64,000 nucleotides of DNA. It comes from Amphiscolops sp. MND2022. Lineage: Eukaryota. The translations under genes and the position numbers were made by a program. This document shows positions 36,791-49,002 of this stretch, one piece after another. Each line of letters opens with the position of its first letter. Position 1 is the first letter of the stretch. The stretch lies in the NCBI GenBank assembly GCA_964187785.1, contig OZ076409.1, positions 99,512,001-99,576,000 of the forward strand. Direction: 5' to 3'. The notes beneath the pieces were generated by a model, which did not search any database, was not told where the DNA came from, and saw only the letters and a list, made by a program, of their open reading frames with translations.

Positions 36791-37672
36791 AAATGAAGTT
36801 GGCTTATCGTTAACAAAATTGACGTCATCAAAACGGTGACAAAACCTAAAGTTGGCTAATTACCAACGAAATTGACGTCGGCATAACGTTGACACAAAGG
36901 TTATCACGGTTAAGAATTAATCCTATAATCTATAATGACGTCATCAAAACGGTGACAAATTCAAAATTTAGCTATGCTAACGAACTTGACGTCAGCAAAA
37001 CGTTGACAACTTTGGTCAAACGAAGTAATTTAATTCGAGGCCAGTAAAAACGTGACGTTGGCAAACCGTCAACAATTGGGACTACAAAGGAATTAAAAGA
37101 CAGCTTCTACCACCTCCCAAAAAGTGCTATACCGAACTACAGAGTGGTACCGGAAATGTCACATTCCTCTGGGAAAGCGTACAACCAAAACAATCCTCTC
37201 TTCAGTTTCGACAACCCCACGAGATATCTTCGTCCCATGAGAGTGGCCCTGTCACAGTCCGCGCCCGGCCTGGATTGTGGTTGCCAAGAGGCGCAGTTTG
37301 GACGTGATCATGGATGCATTATGAAAACAGTTAGACTATCTTATTAAACTGAAATAAACTGTGACAAGTTAAAACCATCAAAATCTACATTATGAATGAT
37401 TTCAGAACCTAAAAACATTCCGAGATAATTTCACACATTTCCGGACATGCGTAGTGATGACAGTAGAATTTTAATCATTTTCCTGCAAAATACAACCGAG
37501 ACATATCATTGGAATTACTTGTCGCAAAAAGAACGAAACTACGTCAAAATTTTGGACTAAAGAAAACAAAAACAATTTGATAACCAAATAATTGACGGTA
37601 CAAAACTTCCCTAACATCATCTTTTTCATTTTATCAAGCCCCCGAGAACCATTCGTCCTATGAGAGTGGCCC

Positions 37673-39178
37673 TGTCACAGTCCGCGCCCGGACTGGATTG
37701 AATTAAAAGCAAACTAAAACTAATATAGGTCACCGCTTCGCCAATACGATTGAATTTGCGTCGCGACTACGCTACGTCACAGCTATGGCAGCTAGCTAGA
37801 ATTTCATTCCAAAATGTGACGTCAGCATCTCGTCTAACTTGGCAACTAGCTAGAAAGTATTCCAAATCAGACGACGATATGACGTCACAGCTATGGCAGC
37901 TAGCTAATTTTCATTCCAATTTTACGTCCACTATATCGGCGGACTAAGTCTAATACTAATACGTACGTCCACTTTACGTCGCCAATCCATCAAAATAGCT
38001 GTTTTAATCCATCCAAAACACCACATTTACGTCCACGCTACGTCCACTATAATGGCGGACTAAGTGTAATACCAAATTTACGTCCACTCTACGTCCCAAA
38101 TTTATAAAATTAGGCGTTTAAGCCTGTATCAAACTTAAAAGAAGCTTCATTTTACTACGGTAAAATTAATCAAAGCTAGAATATGAATCAACGTCAACAC
38201 TACGTCGCAATTTAACTAACCAAACCAAATTTTGAATCTACGTCAATATTGCGTCGACTAAGATTCAATTCGAACGGAATATGGTATTTAAGCCAGGATT
38301 TTTCAGATTTACTTAAAATAACAGTGTTTTAATACGGTTTACATTGAAAAGTCACAGTTTATATTCAATTTGTGTTAATAAAGTGAAGTCCAAGCTGGAT
38401 TTTAAGTGTACGTTTTGACTACCTAATTTCATAAGTTCATATGCTGTTTGACGATGTCACGTCGTCTTTTATTGTTGCTCAAAGGTGTTGCTCCTAACTT
38501 TAATCAGATAAATATTTCTCAATTGTTGAAAGATATAATTGTTTAGCCTCATGTAAATCAGTCACTCTCTTAGCATCACCAAATTGCCTAAATCAAGATA
38601 ATTAGTCATAATTTTCTTCAAGTGGAAATTCAAAATCAGGTATTAGTTGTTCACGTCAGCGTCATCTCCGCGTCGGTTTCTTACGAACCAAAGCAGAAAA
38701 ACGGGGAAGTATTTCCTGTTTGACAGACTGAAGTAATATCTACTTCCTGCTTGGGAGGAAACAAAAGGACGCCGGAATGAAATGATATGATCATGATTGA
38801 TGTCTAATACTAGATTAGAATTGCCGTGTCTTTAAAATTGACGAAATGCTGACGAAGATCAAAGTTTTGCCGCAAAATTACAGGAAGTGACTAATATCTC
38901 GATGGAAATTAAAGTGCGCGAGTATGAAAAGATGATGCTAGGAGGGTATATATAGCTTGTACCTGTAAACTTATTCATTCAATTTCTGATTCAATATGCT
39001 GTCTTGTATCAAATTCTACTTTGTTTTGGTAAAACAATTACTCTGCAAACTTCAATTCAAAATGGATAAATCCGAAAATCTTTTCATCAAGAGAAGCTAG
39101 AAAGAAGAATGTCCTTCAAAAAAGCAACAAAAATAATCAGAAATGTACAGAACAACGACCCTAACAGGAGTCGTTACA
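37673..39178 (+). repeat. Element B 3' LTR
   Basis: Direct repeat of 34372-35877, followed by TSD ATTTC. Confidence 0.95.
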
Positions 39179-39546
39179 ATTTCCCTGTTGTCATCAACTT
39201 TTATCAAGCTGCTTTAACGAATCATCAATGTTTTGTCGGCAGTTTCACGCCGTGCAGTTCTGCGAGTTTTATTATGCACCAGTTCTAATTTTAAAAGCAG
39301 CTGAGACGTTAACAATTTTGCCGCCATTTTAATGCAAACTAACTTTATTCACAATATAACCAGCAAACTAGCGTCATCTTCAGCGTCCTATTTGAGAAGC
39401 GGTGATCAAATCGGATGAGTAGTAGAGAAATTAATGTGTGAAAAAAACGTGATTATGACCATAAAAAAGAAGGAAATATTTTCAAATTTAATTGCAGTAG
39501 TGGAAAATGCAGTGTAATTCTACAAGATTTACCAAAGGATGCATAC

Positions 39547-40284
39547 TGTGAAGGATTCAGGAAAGCTGGAAAGAAGAAAGACCAATTTGGTCTCCCCAGT
39601 TACAGTATCTTGTTTTATTGTTGGTGTTCATCAGATTCTAGAATGAGATGTGCGGGCAATTTAGTACTTTGGAAAAGAGGCTACCAGATATTGGACCTCA
39701 AGATCAGCTGTTGACATGAAGAATATATTGTCCGTCTGAGCTGATTTCATTTCAGATGGTGTTTACTTTTGATTGGTTAGTATGGTAGACAAAGTTTGTA
39801 TGTCATAGTCTGGTAATATTGTAGACAAGATATTGTACACGTCAGAAATATGGTAGAAAACGTTCACACGTCACAAGTCTAGACTATCGTAAAGGGATGA
39901 TAAATGATTATTAGGTTGGAGATGAAGTATAATGAGAGTCATTTCCCTATAGCAGTGGCTTTTTTGACACCAGCGAACTGACAGCGCTGACTACTGTTTC
40001 TGGTTGATTCTCCTAGTTGGTATGAGTTTCGGATTGGAATTCAAGTGTCACTTGATAAAGATTGCTGCAATGACTGAAAGTACTACCTATACACTCTATG
40101 TTCCGTAGCTGCAGCAGCAAACACTCATACGATTCGATGGGATTTTTCAACGGACCATGCAAAAGTTCCATGCATTCAAGGCTAACGTTTTGTTACAAAA
40201 CTTTGGAAGACTACGGAAGCTTGCTAGGCAAAGCTTTGTAAGGATTACCATGCATGTTCCACTATTTATATTTCAACTGAAAAC
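39547..40284 (-). mobile_element. Probable LTR end of a further minus-strand element, interrupted by element C
   Basis: Repeat R breaks at TGTGAAGG (minus-strand ...TCACA end); minus-strand AATAAA at ~39615. No partner LTR is visible. Confidence 0.35.
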
Positions 40285-41963
40285 TGTCACAGCCCCAGCT
40301 GCGCTGTGAGAACTGTAACCAAGTAAGCGCAGTCTATGGAGAAGGAAGATGGGAGTGAGTGAAACAGGCGACATATAACTGGTATGTGCTAATTCAATAT
40401 TAATTATTTAAAACAACGGAGCTAACACATTTATGATAATATTTAACAACATTGAGGACACGAACGGATTTAAATTATACTAAATATTATCTAGAAAGGA
40501 GCTAAAATGATACAATAATATTTAAATAATACATACAAGTATCTAAATATATGCGTACTTACAGTATACCAATCAAATGGAGCGATGATGCAGTTAATAA
40601 TACTAATACAGTGCTATATTGTTAATAATAACCAAACCACACTGCTCAGTAAGCGGCCTGAGAAAAAATGGCGGGACGGCGGCCTGGCAGCCGACCTCAA
40701 ATGACAGCAGCGAGGCGTCGGCCTGGCACGCGGCCTGAAACTAGAATGAGCTATGCGATGCTATTTAACAGTAAACGTGTCACCAAATGATTACATGTAA
40801 ATGTGTTAATGCCTACAAAGGCAATTAGTTTGATGATTCGCAAGTAATTCCCTCAATAACCTATTATTTGTGCTTTTTTCCCAAGATGCTATACACCGCA
40901 GCCCAGGATGAGGCCTGAAACGAGAATTTACTAAAATCCTTTCTAGAAATGGAAAATGATGATGCCAATAATAATTTCCATTTTTCCAATAAAACTGTGA
41001 ACTAATATTCATGATTATAAGCGATAGTCGTTGACTGCATGCAATTTGTAACAGTTTTGTTCATGTAACTGTGTTCAATTTCCAAACACGCTGAGCCACG
41101 GCCCAGACCGTGGCCTGGGAAAAAATTTCATGATCTGTGCTATATAGTAACTGATTGATGATACATACTACCTTTTCGAGCCAATTTCCATTTAATTGGA
41201 TTAACCCACGTTTCGAATAACATTTCCGAGATGATATACGCAATGTAAAATTCCATTTGTTCCTGTTTAACATTCGTTATGGGGACACATTTATTTTTTT
41301 CCCAATTGTCCCAGACCACAACCTGGGATCAGGAGTGTCTCATATACGCCCGATTTATGCTTCAACGCCCCATGAGTGGATTTGAAAATTAATTTGCAGT
41401 TCAGTTAACATAATCATTATTGTGCGCAGTCTTTAAACTAATTAAATTGGGATATTTTTCACTATTCCATTAAATGATTGTCATTATTTTGCTGTTATTC
41501 TTTCCATCTTTTGAGTGTGAAGTATTGAATCACTGTACAATTTGCCGCTGAATTCAGCTTCGGCGTCCCAAAGAGGCGGGAATTGGAGGCGAAGGGAAGC
41601 GGAGTCGCAACTTAGACAGGAAGTAGATGCGTGCTTTCCTTGGGAAGCATGAACAAACTGAGAGTCTGAGTTCGACAAAGCGGAACTTAACTTCCGGTTT
41701 CCTCGCCTTGGAGGGACGCCGGGCTGAATAAGGTGTGAAAGGGCTTCGGATTTTTCCCCGCTTCACGCGTACAGAAGGTACATATAGTTGGAAATCTTAA
41801 GCTAATTTCAGTTAATATTGTTGTTAAAATTCATAACTTGTGAAAATTTTGTCATTTCCGCTTTCGGTACTCAATAAAGATTTGAAACTTCATTTTTTCC
41901 CCCTTCTCAGCAAAATCTTGAGATTAAAGTTCTTCAAGCCTTACAATACCCGAGTAATTAGAA

Positions 41964-43448
41964 ATGCCTGAAAGATTTTCCAAAAGGAAAGTCCGGAGAG
42001 ATTCCTTGACCAGTTCACTAGGTGAACCAGAGGCCTCACGCCAGAGGACGGAGAACGCACCAAGTATCTCTGATAAAGACTTTACGGAATTGTCCGATAA
42101 AGTCGAAAAATCAGTTTGTCGGAGGATTAAAGATACTGAAACCGGCCAGTGGGAAATTCTTAAGATGATTGAGAACCTGTCCTCCAAGATATATTCCCTG
42201 ACTAACAAAACTCCTTCGGTAGTGAACGTTGAAACGACTGAGACCGATCTGACTGAACCAGTAACATCTTCCCAACGAGCGGAAATGTATGAGTTGCCCC
42301 AAGGCGAGAGTCATCACATGGTGACAAGAGTTGCCGTACCCCAAGAAATCCCCACAAGATCATCAAGCTTGCCACAGCCCAACCAGAAGTACTCTGACGA
42401 CATAGTGAGCAAACTCTTGGAGTCACTCAAAAATGTTACTAAACAAAATCTGGGACTACCCAAACTGCCAAAGGCATTATCAACGACAATGCCAACGTTT
42501 GACGGACGTAACGACAAGTTTGAACACTTTGAAGATCTGTTCACCACAAGCCTCAAAGTCTACCTAAACATCTCAGAAGTGTAACAGATACACTATCTCC
42601 ACTCCCTTCTGCCAGGCGATGCCCTACAAACATACCGAAACATGATTGACACAAACCGTGCCAGCCTTGAGGACATCATCTCAACATTTAGAAGAAGATA
42701 CGTACGCCCACAGTCAGTAGCAACAGCACGATGCAAATGGGTGCAACTCCATTTTGATCCATCCAGACAGAAGTTCCAGGACTTCCTAGAACAATACCAA
42801 AAGTTGGCCCAACAAGCCTACGGAGATGACGCCCCGAAATTCATCGAGACATCCTTCTACGCAAAAATGCCACCGCACCTGAAACGAGTCCTCAATCATG
42901 CCAGGTTAGAAACTGAAACCTACGACACAATGGTCCAACATTTAGAAAGGGAGATGGAGCTGAACGGATTATCAGATCCCATCGACAATAACGTAACGGG
43001 AATACATCAAATCGATGGCCAAGAACAACAACAAGCCCCCAACCCACCTAAACCAGCAGGTCCGTGTTTCGGATGCGGCCACTCCGGACACGTTATCAAG
43101 AACTGCCGAAAAACGGCCCGCGAAGCAAGGAACAGACTCAACAGAGTGCCGAACAAGATAGTTGACCCGTGCGAAACTTGTGGAAAGAAAAGCCACACAA
43201 CACAGGAGGGGTACTCGGGCGCTAATTGGGCCAACATGCCACAGTGGTGGAAAACCCCTGAAGCCACCCCGCCAAACAACTTTCCTATACCTCTGCAACA
43301 ACAAGGTCAGTACACAAATGATAACACACAAATGACCTAAACACAGTACCAAAATCAAACAACCAGCCAAATGGGCTACCAAACCCCAATCCAAATGACA
43401 ACCCAGCCCCAAACCCAAAACAAAGATCGTATCCATTGAAAAAACTAG
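41964..43448 (+). pseudogene. gag: Element C gag with in-frame stops; starts in the LTR and ends A AAA AAC TAG
   Basis: KFEHFEDLF, YAKMPPHLK, HLEREMELNGL, CFGCGHSGHVIKNC; stops at 42582, 43338 and 43437. Confidence 0.9.
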
Positions 43449-46400
43449 TTTTGCCATATCTTTAATTCGGGGAAACTGTCGAAACGCGACATTACACAAC
43501 ATCTGAACCCCCAAATTCATTCGATAGTGAAGAAAATGATGAGTGCCGTGAACAACCATCTCTCGACTGGCAGCGAAGATTGCAAATTCAAAAACTCAAC
43601 CTCTACCGACGACAGAATCTAGACAAGAAAGACTACCCACTCTGCTACTTAGAGAACCCCACCAACTACGAGACCCCGAAAAGACCTTTACCCGATAGTA
43701 CCGCCACCGAGACTTATATCCACGACCCTGACTTCAACTGCGACCCATGTTACAACCCCGGAATATATGACAAAACAACACTAACATTCAAACGAAGAGA
43801 GAGCACGCCATTTGAGGAGTACATAAAGCAAACGGGCATGAACATCTCCACAGAGCCCCGCCACCGCCCAAAACATACCCAACCCGTCCCAGAACTTGAC
43901 CAGGACGCAGAACCAGTAACCGAATCATAGTGCACAACACACACAACGCCGTCAAATCCATATTGAAAAACAATGGATCACATACCATCACGGCTCCCCA
44001 ATCACCACCGAGAAACCCAAAAGTGAACCCCATTAGAGCCGGAACCCTACGATCCCCATCAATGGACATAGCACCTGATTTCCACCTGAACGAAAATACA
44101 ACCGACAGGCCTACGACTGAAGCCGTGGACCCACTTAGTACGCCCATCCCCCTCTCCCGTAACGATAGGCAGTCCGACAACGAAGTCGAGGACCCTCGAC
44201 CCACAGAGACCGCCACAACTAACATGCGAGCTGAATCCCCATCAGGTGACGTAATTGACACACCAACACAGGACGAACCCCAGTCCTACCCAATGGCTCA
44301 GATCGCAGAATACCTTCGACAAGACCCAATAACTCAAGAAACATGCGTCCCAATTTTTTCAGCAGTAGCACTCAAACGCAAAAAGAAGATTCTAATCGCA
44401 CGGATGAATTTTCAAAACCTCACGTTGGACGCCCTAATCGACTCACGTGCATTAGTAAACTGCATCTAAGAAACTGACTACCGAAAAATCCGTCAGATGT
44501 CCCCCAAAGAAATCTTTAAAGAGATGGAGCCACCACCCTTCAAACATCAGGTCGAAAATGGCGATATCGAAGCTCCAACCAAAACAATACTCCTCCTATT
44601 CGAAATCGGATATTGGAATTTCAAAAAGACGATTATCGTTGCCCAGAGGTTCACCGGACCCATACTCGGCCTCACATATCTGAAAAACAACAGTGCTATG
44701 CTAGACGTGAGCCAAGGACTGTTACACTTCCCTCACTTTACATACTCAATCGCCACAGATGAGAATACCAGAAACCGGAAATTGTACAGAGTCCATACCA
44801 AAACTCTTATTACAAAACCCCCAGAAACAACTCAAACAATCACCGTCCACACAGACGTGTCGTCGAACATCGTTCCCACCGGGGTTATCAATCCGGCCAT
44901 CAACCACTGCAGCGGAAACACACTAGTTGTGGCTAGCTCCATTTCCACAGCAGTAGACCGTAAACTGGACATCCGGGTAACAAACACTGCCCATACCCCT
45001 TACACGATAAAGAAAAACACAACTGTTGCCGAATTCAAGATTATGTCACCCAAAGAGGCGAAAGAATTGAAGCCGCTAAATACCGAAGCACTTAAAGTAC
45101 TGACCGAGGATGACTCAGAGGACGCGATCATTTACGTAAATGAACGCCTCAAAACGGAAGATAGCCCGCCTCCAAACCAAAATTTCTGGTTCCCCACACC
45201 CACCAGATAACCCCGGGGACCCAACTACTCATACCCCCACACAAAGCAGAATACTGAGGGAAATCCAGGAACTAGAGGAGATCCAAAAACTGGACCCCAC
45301 GGCCAGCCCCGAGGACCGCGAAACATTCCTTTAACACTTTATATAGAAATATTCCCAACTTACAGCCGAAGATCAAAGACACATTGAACAAATTCTTGCT
45401 GAATTCAATGACACATTCGCCAAAGACAGGCTAGACATCGGCATCAACCACCAATTCAAGATAAAATTGCCCTGCCCTATCAATTTAAAAGAGGATTTGA
45501 CAGTTGAGCTAGCCTTGAAGCATTACTTCGGAATCATAACAACCCTTCCATACAGCAAGTATGCCAGCCCAATCTTCGCTCAACGCAAGACAAACGGCAG
45601 ACTACGCCTGTTAGTAGACTTCAGGAAAACCAATAATTTGATATCCGATGATTATATCAAAAACAATCATCCTGTCAGCGGTCAGCACGTTGACAGACGC
45701 AGCTCAGCAACTCGCTGGCAAGAAGTTGTTCTGCAAGCTCGACTGCTCGCAAGCTTACCACGTACTGCAAATGGCAGACCAGAAATCAGTTCAACTTGTC
45801 GCGTTCAATTTCGCCACTAGGACCTTTGCTTACCTCAGACTGGCCCGAGGGCTGAGCCGCTCACTGTCAGCATTCTTCAGCTTCATGAGGGAATACTTGG
45901 ACAAAGCCATAAAGGCGGATAAATGCGCACAGTATGTCGATGACATTGGGATAGCCACAAACACTCTCGAAGAGCTGAAAAGCAATTTGAGAGAGGTCTT
46001 TTAACGCATCCGCACAACAGGACTCTGGCTTACAATGGCCAAATGCCAGTTCGGTGCCAAGGAAGTCGAGTTTCTTGGACGGACAATTTCCCCAGCAGGC
46101 GTGGCACCCCAGAGTCACAAGATCGAAAAGTATCTACAAACTCTCAAATTCCCACGAACCAAAAAAGGGCTTCAAAGTTACATCGGGTTTGTCAATTACT
46201 ACCGCAATTACATCCTCCGCTTGTCAGAGAAAATAGCCCTTTTCCACGAACTCATAAAGTCCGATAAACCAGCCAAAAATGACCAAGAGCTTCGAGATCA
46301 TCAACAAGTCGCTTGATAATGCCTGCGGTCTCTGGCTCAAACAGTCGCTGCCAAACCGGCAGTATGTATTAATGACCGATGCCAACTTCAAGAACGCAGG

Positions 46401-48560
46401 TTATGCTCTAATGACTGAGGCAGACCCAAAACAAAAGATATTATCCACCAAGAAGACGTACGCCCCAGTGGCCTTTGGCTCCAAAACTTTCTCCCCGTTA
46501 CAACTGAAAATGTCAGTTTATGTCAAAGAATTTTTGGCAATCACTTTGCCTTCATTGAGTACAGCCACCTTTTGTGGGCCTCCACCAAGCCCACAATCGT
46601 CCTGACGGATAACAAAACAGTCACCAGGTTTTTTCAAACCAAAATGATCCCACCTTCCCTCTGGAACGCCTGTGACTTCGTATTACAGTTTCATTTTAAA
46701 ACAGCTCATGTCCCAGGAAGAATTAACACGGCGGCCGACTTCCTCTCCCGCCTGGACATTAACCCGAAGGACAAGGTCCTCCTCCAGATCCGAGAAGACT
46801 TTCGAACGACACCAATACAGGTCAACATACAATCATCCAACGTCCAAGAAGAAGACCAATTCTACTTCCTGCCAGAAGACGATTCTGAAACCGAAGAAGA
46901 AGTCTGGGAACGGAAGCAGAAAACCAGAAAGATCATATACACCCCCCAGACCACATCAAGACGAGGACCCCATCCTCAGAATCATTAAACTTAAAATCCT
47001 GAAGGAGCTCTATGACATTTAACTCCTACACGAGGATAGTAGAGCAGCGAAATATCTTGCTCAGGATGATCGCATCATCGTCAAAGATGGGCTTCTATAC
47101 CGACAATAATTTGAAAATACCGGCAAAGTAAAATATCTCCAAGTCCTACTACCCAAGCACCTAGTAGACGAATTCATCCAACACCAGCATGGGCTGTTCG
47201 GCAAACCCAGGAGTCGCTAAAGTAATTCAACAATGCCGCGAACGATACTACTACCCAGGACTTGCACTTAAAAAATGCCAACACATATCGCAGTGCCAGG
47301 AGTGTTTACAAACAAGGCGCACGCCAAACAACACGATCACCCTTCCCCTAATCAATATGTCACAAATAGCAAAGACGCCATGCAAATGGACATGGTACCA
47401 TTCGACGACCCATCAGTCAGGAGGATACAATGCCATCATCACCACCATGGATGTCTTCTCGCGATATCTTTTCGCATACAACGTTGTCCGCGTTGACACA
47501 AAAACAATGGCCCGTGTATTAATCGATATCATCACCCGACATTGCTATCTACCAACAACCATCATTACTGACAAAGACTCTCAATTCATCTCCGAGGCAA
47601 TGAAACAAATAACTGACGTTTTGGGAATCTAACTAAAACACGCCACCACCAAGCATGCCCAGACGATAGGCATTCTAGAAAGATCTCATGCCTCGCTCAA
47701 AGAAAGCCTCAAGATTATGACAGGAGAACGAAGCAAAATGTGGCACCAACTTCTACCAATGGCGCATACCACTCATCGCTGGGTGCGAACCAAGCAGGGT
47801 TTTCCACGGTAGAGTACCCTACAACGTACTCGACCTCAATAACGGACTTGAACGCTAACCCGAAACGCCAACCAACAATGAAATTTCCGAAGGAGTCCTT
47901 CGCCAGACAGAAGACCTTGTCAGTCAAGCCAGACAGTCCCTGACCTTATGCAAACTTACGTCCGTCATAAGCACTATTACGACAAGAAAGCATCAGCAAA
48001 CCCCCTGGTAGCAAACGACTACTGCTATGCATTGCATCGAAAGTCGCATAGCCAATCGACAAAATTGCCGTTTAGAGACTACCTTTGTACGGGACCATAT
48101 ATCGTGGGCAAAACTCTACCAAAAAACAACTACCTAATCCGAAAACTCCGAACAAACCTCACACAGATTTTACATAGAATCAGGCTCAGGCCATTTACAA
48201 GTAGCCACAAACTGCCTGATTTTTCAATACCCCCCAAGGGTTTTCAACAAGATAGTGAAGTCGCCATACAACACGCTGATCTATATGCAATAGCTTGGCA
48301 GGAAAACTACCAACCACCTATGACCCCCCTTTCGCAGTCAAACAACCCGAACCCAATGTCTCACACCCTGACCCAGAAGAAAACCATCAGCCACCACCCC
48401 CAGACCCCTGACCCCCGACCTAATACAAGAATCCCAGGATGTGATTAGTGACTCAGATACCCAAGAAGATAGCCCTAGCCATATAACCCAAACGAACCTG
48501 AAGATGATATACAAACTGCTAAATCCTCCAGGAAATCGAAGTACAATCTCCGATGAAATC
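43449..48560 (+). pseudogene. pol: Element C pol, fragmented
   Basis: LIDS, KLDCSQAY, YVDD, TDA, ADFLSR, CQEC, GPY and KYNLR fragments, colinear with element A Pol. Confidence 0.92.
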
Positions 48561-49002
48561 CGACCTCTCATTGGAAGCCAGATTTTGCCTACTACAATGC
48601 TATAAAAGCCAATCCAGCAAATTCGATAAACTCACACAACGGACCAGACGACCGCCCAGAAATACAGGTTTTGGCAGACCTCGGCCCAGACGGTGGCCTG
48701 AGATCAGAAAATTAACAAGGCCCCAGGCACTGACCTGGAGGGCGATACTACGACCAAATCTCAAATCTCCGCAATCTACAATGGCTCTCTCGTACACTAT
48801 CTTACTCTACAACTCGGATGAAAACAATACAGAGGCTAAATACTAAATTGACTGACCCAGTGGATCAATGAGCTGCCTCGATTTTTTTCCTTCGTTCTAT
48901 ATCGCTCCATACTACAAGAGCATGCCATTTTTTTCTTTTTCCCTTTTTACTTTCAACTAATGGAACCGATACACGGAACCGAGATACACAAAAGAACAAA
49001 AA

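Larger units (their letters stand above)
34372..39178 (+). mobile_element. Element B: non-autonomous LTR element (LARD/TRIM-like) with a 1.8-kb non-coding interior
   Basis: 1506-bp LTRs TGTCACA...GTTACA, perfect TSD ATTTC, PBS TGGTGACAGGAG at 35878, no pol. Confidence 0.95.
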
